DNA of 62,218 nt, taken from assembly GCA_036259975.1 (NCBI GenBank), contig DATAAR010000058.1, forward strand, positions 1 through 62,218, in the 5' to 3' direction. Of this stretch, positions 29,156 to 36,501 are shown one piece after another. The position numbers and the translations under genes are program-made. Every line of letters begins with the position of its first letter. Position 1 is the first letter of the stretch. The notes under the pieces were generated by a model. The model ran no database searches. It saw only the letters and a program-made list of their open reading frames with translations, and was not told the DNA's origin. This DNA comes from Solirubrobacteraceae bacterium (GTDB lineage Bacteria > Actinomycetota > Thermoleophilia > Solirubrobacterales > Solirubrobacteraceae).

Positions 29156-29926
29156 ATGCCCACCCCGGTCCATTCCCTGCTCGAGGCGCTGGCCTCCGGC
29201 GCCGTGCAGGTGATCGACCTCACCCAGCCGCTGCACGAGCGCACGCCGGTGCTGAAGCTGCCCGAGCCGTTCGCCAACACGCCGGGCCTGACGCGCCACG
29301 AGATCAGCCGCTACGACGATCGCGGCCCGGCCTGGGCCTGGAGCTGGCTGGAGATCGGCGAGCACGTCGGCACGCACTTCGACGCCCCGATCCACTGGAT
29401 CACCGGCCGCGACGGCGAGGACGTCTCGAGCGTGCCGCCCGAGCGCCTCGTGGGGCCCGCGGTCGTCATCGACAAGTCGGCCGAGGCCGCGGCCGACCCC
29501 GACTACGTGCTGACCGTCGAGGACGTGAGGGCGTTCGAGTCCGAGCACGGCGCGCTGCCCGAGCGCGGCTGGCTGCTGCTGCGCACCGGCTGGGACGCGC
29601 GCGCCCACGACGAGGAGGCCTTCCTCAACGCGTCGTCGGGCGTGCCGCGCACGCCCGGCGTCGACGCGGAGTGCGCGCGCTGGCTCGCGCAGGAGACGCC
29701 GATCGCGGGCATCGGCGTCGAGACGGTCGGCACGGACGCCGGCGGCGCGGGCGGCTTCGACCCGCCGTTCCCTGTCCACAGCTACTTCCTCGGCGCGGGG
29801 AAGTACGGGCTCACCCAGCTCGCCAACCTCGCCCGCCTCCCGCCGACCGGCGCGCTCATCGTCGTCGCCCCGCTGAAGCTCGTCGACGGCACGGGCAGCC
29901 CGAGCCGGGTCCTGGCGCTCGTCTGA
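29156..29926 (+). CDS. cyclase-family protein (kynurenine formamidase-like metal hydrolase)
   Basis: 256 aa with the family motif GEHVGTHFDAPIHW, plus LLLRTGW and GIGVETVGTDAG. Confidence 0.8.
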   Translation: MPTPVHSLLEALASGAVQVIDLTQPLHERTPVLKLPEPFANTPGLTRHEISRYDDRGPAWAWSWLEIGEHVGTHFDAPIHWITGRDGEDVSSVPPERLVGPAVVIDKSAEAAADPDYVLTVEDVRAFESEHGALPERGWLLLRTGWDARAHDEEAFLNASSGVPRTPGVDAECARWLAQETPIAGIGVETVGTDAGGAGGFDPPFPVHSYFLGAGKYGLTQLANLARLPPTGALIVVAPLKLVDGTGSPSRVLALV

Positions 29927-29935
29927 GCCACGTCG

Positions 29936-31135
29936 ATGCGGCCCGCCGTCGTCGAGGTCACCCCCGCGCGCCGCGCCGCGTACGCGGTCGTGCGGCGCGT
30001 GCTCGCCGAGGGCGCGTGGGCCGACCGGGCGCTGCACGGCGAGGCGCGCGAGCTCAGCGCGCGCGACCGCGCGCTGGCCAAGCAGCTCGCGTTCGGCACC
30101 GTCCAGCGCCGGCTGACGCTCGACCACGTCATCGACGAGCGCACGAAGGGCCGGCTCGAGCCGGGCGTGCGCGCCGCCCTCCAGCTCGGGCTGTTCCAGC
30201 TCCTGTTCCTCGACCGCGTCGCCGAGCACGCCGCGATCGCGGAGGCGGTCGAGCTCGCCAAGCCGAGTCCCGGCCACCGCGTCGTCAACGCCGTCCTGCG
30301 GCGCGTGCAGCGCGAGGGCGCCCAGCTGCCGGCCGACACGACGCTGCGGGGCGCGGCGATCCGCCACTCGCACCCCGAGTGGCTCGTCGCCATGTGGACG
30401 AAGGCGCTGGGGCCCGAGCAGGCGCGCGCACTGCTGGCCGCCAACAACGACCCGTCCGAGCTCGCGCTGCGGGTCAATCCCCTGGTCGACTTCGATCTGT
30501 CGGACATCCCGGGCCGGCGCGAGGGCGACACGATCGTGGTCGAAGGCCCGTTCGACGCGCTCGCGCATCCCGGCTATGCCGCCGGGGCGTTCACGCCCCA
30601 GTCGCGCGCGTCGCAGCTCGTCGCGCCGATCCTCGGCCCGCGACCGGGCGAGCGCGTGCTCGACCTGTGCGCCGCCCCCGGCGGCAAGACGACGCATCTC
30701 GCCGCGCTCATGGAGGGCACCGGCGAGGTCGTCGCCGTCGAGCGCCACCCCGGCCGCGCCCGCGCCCTGCGAGCGACGGTCGCGCGGATGCGCGCGGCGA
30801 ACGTGCGCGTCGTGTGCGCCGACGCCAAGGAGCTCGCCGGCGAGGGAGGCTTCGACCGCGTCCTGCTCGACCCGCCGTGCAGCGGGCTGGGGACGCTGCA
30901 GTCGCACCCCGACCTACGCTGGCGGGTCACCCCGCAGGCGGTGCGGAAGCTCGCCGCCGAGCAGGACGCGCTCCTCGCCGCCGCACGGCGGGCGCTGCGG
31001 CCGGGCGGCACGCTCGTGTACTCGGTGTGCACGATCTCCCCGCCGGAGGAACGGCTCGAGGCGGACGATCCGGTGCGCACCTATCCCCACCGAGACAGGA
31101 CGGACGGCTTCTATATTGCCCGGCATGGAGGGTGA
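29936..31135 (+). CDS. rsmB: 16S rRNA (cytosine967-C5)-methyltransferase RsmB/Sun (NusB-like N-terminal domain)
   Basis: 399 aa: VLDLCAAPGGKTTHLAALM, FDRVLLDPPCSGLGTLQSHPDLRWR, LVYSVCTISPPE. Confidence 0.85.
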   Translation: MRPAVVEVTPARRAAYAVVRRVLAEGAWADRALHGEARELSARDRALAKQLAFGTVQRRLTLDHVIDERTKGRLEPGVRAALQLGLFQLLFLDRVAEHAAIAEAVELAKPSPGHRVVNAVLRRVQREGAQLPADTTLRGAAIRHSHPEWLVAMWTKALGPEQARALLAANNDPSELALRVNPLVDFDLSDIPGRREGDTIVVEGPFDALAHPGYAAGAFTPQSRASQLVAPILGPRPGERVLDLCAAPGGKTTHLAALMEGTGEVVAVERHPGRARALRATVARMRAANVRVVCADAKELAGEGGFDRVLLDPPCSGLGTLQSHPDLRWRVTPQAVRKLAAEQDALLAAARRALRPGGTLVYSVCTISPPEERLEADDPVRTYPHRDRTDGFYIARHGG

Positions 31136-31343
31136 CCTCGGGCTGGCATGCCCGTCCTGTCACGAGCCGTGGCTGCGCCCGTCGAACCTCCCGGGCCGCT
31201 ATCGCTGCGTGTACTGCCTGCACCGCTTCGAGGTGCGTTCAGCCTGCCCCGACTGCGGGGAGCATTCGACGATCGTTCGCATGACCAGCACCGCGACCCT
31301 CACCTGCAGCCACTGCGGCGGCTCGATGCTCGTCGAGGTATGA
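31125..31343 (+). CDS. small double zinc-ribbon protein (72 aa, four CxxC pairs)
   Basis: MEGDLGLACPSCHEPW...RCVYCLHRF...ACPDCGEHS...LTCSHCGGSMLVEV. GC3 is high. The ATG lies 8 nt before the rsmB stop, and the ORF's stop overlaps the rpe start (ATGA). Confidence 0.6.
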   Translation: MEGDLGLACPSCHEPWLRPSNLPGRYRCVYCLHRFEVRSACPDCGEHSTIVRMTSTATLTCSHCGGSMLVEV

Positions 31344-31984
31344 CGCGCCGGATCGCCCCCTCGATCCTGGCCGCCGACTTCGGCCGGCTGCGCGAGCAGG
31401 TCCGCGAGGTCCTCGACGCGGGCGCGTCGGTGATCCACGTCGACGTGATGGACGGCCACTTCGTCCCGCCGATCACGATGGGCCCCAACGCGGTTCAGGC
31501 GCTGCGCGAGCTCGGCGCGCACCTGGACGTGCATCTCATGATCGAGCGCCCGGAGCGCCAGGTGGCGGACTTCGCCGCCGCGGGGGCGAACACGATCAGC
31601 ATCCACGCCGAGGCGACGCCACACCTCGACTACACGCTCGAGCACGTCCGCGAGGCCGGCTGCCGCGCCGGGCTCGCCGTCTGCCCCGCCACGCCGCTCG
31701 GCGTGTACGCCGAGGTCGAGCCCGACCAGGCGCTCTGCATGACGGTGAACCCGGGCTGGGGCGGGCAGCCGTTCATCCCCCGCTCGCTCGACCGGATCCG
31801 CCGCCTGCGCGCGATGATCGGCGAGGAGGCCGACCTCGAGGTCGACGGCGGGATCGACGCGACGACGGCGCGTTGCTGCGCCGAGGCGGGGGCCACGCTG
31901 TTCGTGGCGGGGACGGCGATATTCGGGGCGCCCGATCCGGCGTCCGCCTACGCCGAGTTGACCAACGAGATCGGGTGTAGCTAG
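31340..31984 (+). CDS. rpe: ribulose-phosphate 3-epimerase
   Basis: 214 aa: IAPSILAADFGRL...IHVDVMDGHFVPPITMGP...DVHLMI...MTVNPGWGGQPFIP...EVDGGI. Confidence 0.9.
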   Translation: MTRRIAPSILAADFGRLREQVREVLDAGASVIHVDVMDGHFVPPITMGPNAVQALRELGAHLDVHLMIERPERQVADFAAAGANTISIHAEATPHLDYTLEHVREAGCRAGLAVCPATPLGVYAEVEPDQALCMTVNPGWGGQPFIPRSLDRIRRLRAMIGEEADLEVDGGIDATTARCCAEAGATLFVAGTAIFGAPDPASAYAELTNEIGCS

Positions 31985-32025
31985 CCGTATACGGGCACGT
32001 CTCCGGTTGACCGAGTATTGACTTA

Positions 32026-32376
32026 GTGATGACGACCGTCCTCATCGTCGACGACCACCCGACGTTCCGCGCGACCGCCAGAATGCTGCTCGAGGCGGAG
32101 GGCTACGACGTCGTCGGCGAGGCCCCGGACGGGACCAGCGCGATCGAGGCGGCGTGGGAGCTGCACCCCGACCTCGTGCTCCTCGACGTCAACCTGCCGG
32201 ACCTCGACGGGTTCTCCGTCGCCCAGCGAATCACCGCCAACCAGGGCGCGCCCGCGGTGGTCCTGACCTCCAGCCGCGACTCGTCGGATTTCGGCCCGCT
32301 CGTCGCGGGCAGCGGCGCGCGGGGGTTCATCTCGAAGGGCGAGCTCTCCGGCGCGGCGATCGCCGAGCTGCTGTAG
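32026..32376 (+). CDS. single-domain response regulator (receiver only)
   Basis: 116 aa: VLIVDDHP, the phospho-acceptor context LVLLDVNLPDLDG, VVLTSS, FISKG. Confidence 0.8.
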   Translation: MMTTVLIVDDHPTFRATARMLLEAEGYDVVGEAPDGTSAIEAAWELHPDLVLLDVNLPDLDGFSVAQRITANQGAPAVVLTSSRDSSDFGPLVAGSGARGFISKGELSGAAIAELL

Positions 32377-32500
32377 GCCCGCCGGGGCGTTCGGCTCGCG
32401 GCGCGGTGGCGGTCGGGGCATTCTCGGACGGCGCGAGCGCTCGGGCGGAACGCCGGCCCGCCGGCGGCACCACCCCGCCGCGTCGCTCTAGAGTCGTTCC

Positions 32501-34258
32501 ATGGTCGGCCTGCGCCGCGCGCTGCTCGCGCTGTTCGCCGTCGGCGTCCTCTTCGCCGGCCTCGCCGTGGCGCTGACGCTCACGAGCGACCACGACGACC
32601 AGAAGGCCGTCACCGCGATCCTCGGCCCGGTCATCGGGCTCAGCTTCATCGGCACCGGGGTGTTCGCGTGGTGGCGGCGGCCGCTGAACCGCTTCGGGCT
32701 GCTGATGTGCGCCGTCGGCTTCGCATGGTTCCTCGCCAGCCTGGCCGAGAGCAACGACCCGACGTTCTTCACGATCGGCGCCTACCTCAGTCCGCTGTAC
32801 GTGGTGCTGGTGATCCACATGGTGCTCGCGTTCCCGACCGGGCGCCTGGAGACGCCCGCGGCGCGGGCGATCGCGATCGCCGGATATGTCGTCGGCCTGC
32901 TCGTCACGCTGCCGTTCTTCCTGCTCGGGGGCGAGATCGACGCCGGCGAGAACGCGCCGGACAACGCCTTCGAGGTCCTGCACGAGCCCGGCATCGCGCA
33001 GGTGTTCCTGACCCTGACCTTGCTCGGGGCGGTCGCGGTCGCCGCCGCGACCGTCGCGGTGCTGCTGCGCAAGCGGCGGGTCGCGACCCCGCCGCAGCGC
33101 CGCGCGCAGGCGCCGATGCTGTGGATCGGCCTGACGGTCATGACCGCGCTCGGGCTGTCGTTCCTCGCGGACGCGGCCGGCCTGCCGGAGGTCGTGGTGT
33201 TGATCTTCAGCTACACGGCGTTCGTGGCGTTCGCGATCCTGCCGTTCGCGTTCCTCACCGGCCTCGTCCGCACGCGCTACTCGCGCGCGGGCGCGGTGGG
33301 CGGGCTGGTCGAGCGGCTGAACGAGCCGGACACCCGTGTGAGCCTGCGCGAGGCGCTGGCGGACGCGCTGGGCGACCCGACGCTGCAGCTCGTCTACTGG
33401 CGGCCGTCCGCCGGCCACTACGTCACGTACGAGGGCCACCGCGCCGCGCCGCCCGGACCGGATTCGGGGCGCGCCGTCGCCCAGGTCGAGCGCGACGGCA
33501 AGCGCGTCGGCGCCATCGTCCACGACGCCGCACTGCGGGACGATCCCACCCTGCTCCGCGCCGCGGCGGCTGCGGCCGCGCTCCAGCTCGAGAACGAGCG
33601 CCTCGAGGCCGAGCTGCGCGCCCGCGTCGAGGAGCTGCAGAGCTCGCGCGCCCGGCTGGTCGAGGTGTCGATGTTCGAGCGCCGCCGGCTCGAGCGCGAC
33701 CTCCACGACGGCGCCCAGCAGCGGCTCGTCGCGCTCTCGCTCCAGCTCGGGCTGGCGCGGCGCAAGGTCGAGCAGGATCCGTTCACCGGCGCCCGCCTCC
33801 TGGACGAGGCGCGGGTCGAGCTCGAGCGCGCGCTCGAGGAGCTGCGCGAGCTCGCCCGCGGGATCCACCCGGCCGTCCTGACCGACCGGGGCCTCGAGCC
33901 GGCGGTGCAGGCACTCGCCGCGAGGGCCCCGGTTCCTGTAGACGTAGAGGCGATGCCTACGGATCGACTTCCGGCGGCCGTGGAGGCCGCGGCCTATTTC
34001 GTCGTCGCCGAGTCGCTGACGAACGTCGCCAAGTACGCCCAGGCCGAGCGCGCGAGCGTCCGCGTGGGGCGCGAGGACGGGTTTGCCGTCGTCGAGGTGA
34101 GCGATGATGGGGTCGGCGGCGCCGATCCCGCCGGGGGCAGCGGTCTCCGCGGGCTCACCGACCGCCTGGCTGCACTGGACGGCCGTCTCGAGGTCCATTC
34201 CCCACCCGGAGGAGGCACCGTGGTCCGCGCGAACATCCCCTGCTCGACATGCGCGTAG
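32501..34258 (+). CDS. membrane sensor histidine kinase, NarL-partner type (HisKA_3 + HATPase_c)
   Basis: 585 aa: a multi-TM N-terminal half, the H-box ERRRLERDLHDGAQQRL, GIHPAVLTDRGL, the N-box ESLTNVAKYA, and the G-box DDGVGGA...GSGLRGLTDR. Confidence 0.85.
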   Translation: MVGLRRALLALFAVGVLFAGLAVALTLTSDHDDQKAVTAILGPVIGLSFIGTGVFAWWRRPLNRFGLLMCAVGFAWFLASLAESNDPTFFTIGAYLSPLYVVLVIHMVLAFPTGRLETPAARAIAIAGYVVGLLVTLPFFLLGGEIDAGENAPDNAFEVLHEPGIAQVFLTLTLLGAVAVAAATVAVLLRKRRVATPPQRRAQAPMLWIGLTVMTALGLSFLADAAGLPEVVVLIFSYTAFVAFAILPFAFLTGLVRTRYSRAGAVGGLVERLNEPDTRVSLREALADALGDPTLQLVYWRPSAGHYVTYEGHRAAPPGPDSGRAVAQVERDGKRVGAIVHDAALRDDPTLLRAAAAAAALQLENERLEAELRARVEELQSSRARLVEVSMFERRRLERDLHDGAQQRLVALSLQLGLARRKVEQDPFTGARLLDEARVELERALEELRELARGIHPAVLTDRGLEPAVQALAARAPVPVDVEAMPTDRLPAAVEAAAYFVVAESLTNVAKYAQAERASVRVGREDGFAVVEVSDDGVGGADPAGGSGLRGLTDRLAALDGRLEVHSPPGGGTVVRANIPCSTCA

Positions 34259-34893
34259 TCCTGGCCGACGACAGCATGCTGCTGCGCGAGGGCGTCGCGC
34301 GCCTGCTCGAGGACGCCGGGCTCGAGGTGGTCGCGCAGGCCGGCGACGCCGAGGACCTGATGCGCAAGGTCGGGGCTCACAAGCCCGACGTCGCCATCGT
34401 CGACGTGCGCATGCCGCCCACGCACACCGACGAGGGGCTGCGCGCCGCGGCGGAGATCCGCGACCGCCACCCCGGGGTCGGCGTGCTCGTCCTCAGCCAG
34501 TACATCGAGGAGGGCTACGCCATGGAGCTGCTGTCCTCGAACGCCGAGGGCGTCGGGTACCTGCTCAAGGATCGCGTCGCCGACCTCGAGCGGTTCGTCG
34601 ACGCGGTCCGCCGCGTGGGCGAGGGCGGCAGCGCGCTCGATCCCGAGGTCGTCTCGCGGCTGCTCGGCCGCCGGCGCCGCGAGGACCCGCTGAGCGAGCT
34701 CAGCCCGCGCGAGAAGGAGGTGCTCGGACTCATGGCGGAGGGCCGCTCCAACCACGCGATCGCCTCGCAGCTCGTCGTCACCGAGCGCGCGGTGGAGAAG
34801 CACGTCACGAGCATCTTCAACAAGCTCAGCCTGCCGCCGGCGCAGGAGGACCACCGCCGCGTGCTGGCGGTCCTCACCTACCTCAAGGCCTAG
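34249..34893 (+). CDS. NarL/LuxR-family DNA-binding response regulator
   Basis: 214 aa. Receiver: VVLADDSMLLREG...IVDVRMPP. C-terminal LuxR HTH: LSPREKEVLGLMAEGRSNHAIASQLVVTERAVEKHVTSIFNKL. It overlaps the kinase gene by 10 nt. Confidence 0.9.
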   Translation: MRVVLADDSMLLREGVARLLEDAGLEVVAQAGDAEDLMRKVGAHKPDVAIVDVRMPPTHTDEGLRAAAEIRDRHPGVGVLVLSQYIEEGYAMELLSSNAEGVGYLLKDRVADLERFVDAVRRVGEGGSALDPEVVSRLLGRRRREDPLSELSPREKEVLGLMAEGRSNHAIASQLVVTERAVEKHVTSIFNKLSLPPAQEDHRRVLAVLTYLKA

Positions 34894-35606
34894 TGCCGCC
34901 GGGCGAGCTCGTCGCGCCGCCCGCGGGCGGGCGGGTGTTCCGGCACCCGGCCGCCGCGCGCCTCGCCGACGTGACGCCGTCCGGGCGCGCGCGGCTCGAC
35001 GCGATCGCGCGCTGGCTCCAGGACGCGGCGCTGGCCGACGTGGTCGACTCCGGCCTCGACGGCGGCGGCGTGTGGGTCCTGCGGCGGCTGCGCCTGTGCG
35101 TCGAGCGCTTCCCGCGCTTCGGCGACGCGGTCGAGGTCGAGACGTTCTGCAGCGGCACCGGCCCGCTCGTCGCCGAGCGGCGCAGCACCGTGCGCGACGG
35201 CGCCGGCGCGGCCGTGCAGGCGCTCGCGCTCTGGGTCCACCTCGACCCGGACGGCGCGCACCCGCGGCCGCTGCCGGACGGCTTCGAGACGGTCTACGGC
35301 GCCGCCGCCGCGGGGCGCCGCGTGCGCGCGCGCCTGCGCCACCCGGCCGCACCGCCCGCGAACGCGCCGGTCCGCCCGTGGCGCTTCCGAGCCGCCGATC
35401 TGGACCTCGCCGGCCACGTCAACAACGCCGTCTACTGGCAGGTGCTCGAGGAGGAGCTCGTCGCCGACGCCCCGGCCGCGCTCGACGCCGAGATCGAGCA
35501 CCGCGCCGCCGCGGACGCCGGCGACGCCGTGGTCGCCGCGGCGGATGGCATGCGCTGGGTCAGCGCGGGCGAGCAGGTGGTGGCGACGATCCGGCTTGCG
35601 AACTAG
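34893..35606 (+). CDS. acyl-ACP thioesterase-family (hotdog fold) protein
   Basis: About 237 aa: ...ADVTPSGRARLDAIARWLQDAA...VWVLRRL...FRAADLDLAGHVNNAVYWQVLEEEL. The GTG start shares 1 nt with the regulator's TAG. Confidence 0.65.
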   Translation: MPPGELVAPPAGGRVFRHPAAARLADVTPSGRARLDAIARWLQDAALADVVDSGLDGGGVWVLRRLRLCVERFPRFGDAVEVETFCSGTGPLVAERRSTVRDGAGAAVQALALWVHLDPDGAHPRPLPDGFETVYGAAAAGRRVRARLRHPAAPPANAPVRPWRFRAADLDLAGHVNNAVYWQVLEEELVADAPAALDAEIEHRAAADAGDAVVAAADGMRWVSAGEQVVATIRLAN

Positions 35607-35616
35607 GCTCGGCGGC

Positions 35617-36030
35617 ATGTCCACGCCTCTCACCGGCGGCTGTGGCTGCGGCGCCGTGCGCTTCGAGCTGACCGAGCCGCCCGTCAGAGCCCTGTACTGC
35701 CACTGCACCCGCTGCCAGCGGCGCAGCGGCACCGCTGCGGCGGCCACGGCCCGCGTCAAGGAGGGCACGGTCCGCGTCACGCAAGGCGAGGACCGCATCC
35801 GGCGCTGGACGCCCGAAGGGGGCCTGGCGAAGTCGTTCTGCGCCGACTGTGGCAGCGCGCTGTTCGCCGAGCACCCGGAGAGCGGGGAGGTCGCGGGCGT
35901 GCGCATGGCGGCGTTCGACACCGATCCGGGCGTGCGTCCGAGCGCGCGTCAGTTCACCGCGTACGCGGCTCCGTGGGAGCCGATCCCCGACGACGGGCTC
36001 CCGCGCCACCCCGAGCGGATGCCCGCCTGA
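35617..36030 (+). CDS. GFA-family (glutathione-dependent formaldehyde-activating/CENP-V-like) zinc protein
   Basis: 137 aa: GGCGCGAVRFEL...YCHCTRCQRRSG...FCADCGSALF, the family's Cys pattern. Confidence 0.8.
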   Translation: MSTPLTGGCGCGAVRFELTEPPVRALYCHCTRCQRRSGTAAAATARVKEGTVRVTQGEDRIRRWTPEGGLAKSFCADCGSALFAEHPESGEVAGVRMAAFDTDPGVRPSARQFTAYAAPWEPIPDDGLPRHPERMPA

Positions 36031-36041
36031 GCGGGCCCTTT

Positions 36042-36069
36042 CGTCGTGTGACGCGTGTCACACAAGACG
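36042..36069 (+). promoter_or_regulatory. inverted repeat CGTC-GTGTGAC-gcgt-GTCACAC-aa-GACG (operator- or terminator-like)
   Basis: The repeat was read directly from the sequence. It lies 12 nt after the GFA stop and 26 nt before the ATG of the 20-codon ORF. Confidence 0.35.
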
Positions 36070-36095
36070 CGCGAAGACCTGCCGATTGAAGGAGC

Positions 36096-36158
36096 ATGAT
36101 CAAGACCCTCGCCTCCATCGCGCAGGTCGCCCGCGACCAGCGCCGCCGCTGCCGCTAG
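36096..36158 (+). CDS. candidate micro-ORF (20 aa) MIKTLASIAQVARDQRRRCR
   Basis: The SD GAAGGAG ends 2 nt before the ATG, a tight spacing. All 20 codons end in G or C, the genome-typical pattern. The ORF is flanked by the 36042-36069 repeat and the 36233-36280 hairpin. Confidence 0.35.
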   Translation: MIKTLASIAQVARDQRRRCR

Positions 36159-36232
36159 CCGGCAGCTCCGCCAAGCCGGGCCGATCCGCGCCCGCCGCTC
36201 GCGCCGCCGCGCGGCACCGAGCGCACCGACTG

Positions 36233-36280
36233 CAGCCGCCCGCCGCGCCTCGCCCCCGCGAGGGACGCGGCGGCGGGCTG
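36233..36280. terminator. long GC hairpin between two convergent small ORFs (bidirectional terminator candidate)
   Basis: The outer arms CAGCCGCCCGCCGCG / CGCGGCGGCGGGCTG pair at 13 of 15 positions. They enclose a perfect inner stem CCTCGC-cccc-GCGAGG, offset from the 3' outer arm by two unpaired bases. No U-tract. Confidence 0.35.
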
Positions 36281-36328
36281 CGCCGGCTCGTCCGCCCAGA
36301 CCACCGCTCGAGCCGGCCCGCGCTCGCG

Positions 36329-36469
36329 CTAGCCGCGACTCAGCAGCCGCGCAACGCCACGGGCGATCTGCTGCTCGCGCGTCTCGGACTCCGCGAGCTT
36401 CGCCCTGACCGCCTCGAGGAGGCGCAGGATTCGCTCGTTCGTCGCGGGCTGCGCCTTCTGCCCGGCCAT
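36329..36469 (-). CDS. small helical hypothetical protein (46 aa)
   Basis: There is a near-consensus SD, AAGGAGGTGAAG, directly before the ATG. MAGQKAQPATNERILRLLEAVRAKLAESETREQQIARGVARLLSRG. It starts 32 nt downstream of the amidohydrolase stop on the same strand. Confidence 0.55.
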   Translation of the reverse strand: MAGQKAQPATNERILRLLEAVRAKLAESETREQQIARGVARLLSRG

Positions 36470-36501
36470 CTTCACCTCCTTTCGGGTGGCCCGGCGCGCG
36501 T

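Noticed and set aside
27374-31284. The 1177 aa minus-strand ORF (27374-30907) and the 1212 aa plus-strand ORF (27646-31284).
   Set aside because: Both are out of frame or antisense to the TPP enzyme, cyclase and rsmB genes, which carry clear family motifs. Their translations are Arg/Ala/Gly/Pro low-complexity. The only real piece is the short ABC-F remnant at the 3' end of the minus-strand ORF.
32377-32500. Long-range complementarity (GGCGTTC ... GAACGCC and flanking G/C runs) in the receiver-kinase spacer, considered as a possible riboregulator.
   Set aside because: The arms are short and imperfect, and the sequence is about 80% G+C, so chance pairing is expected. No conserved motif was recognised.
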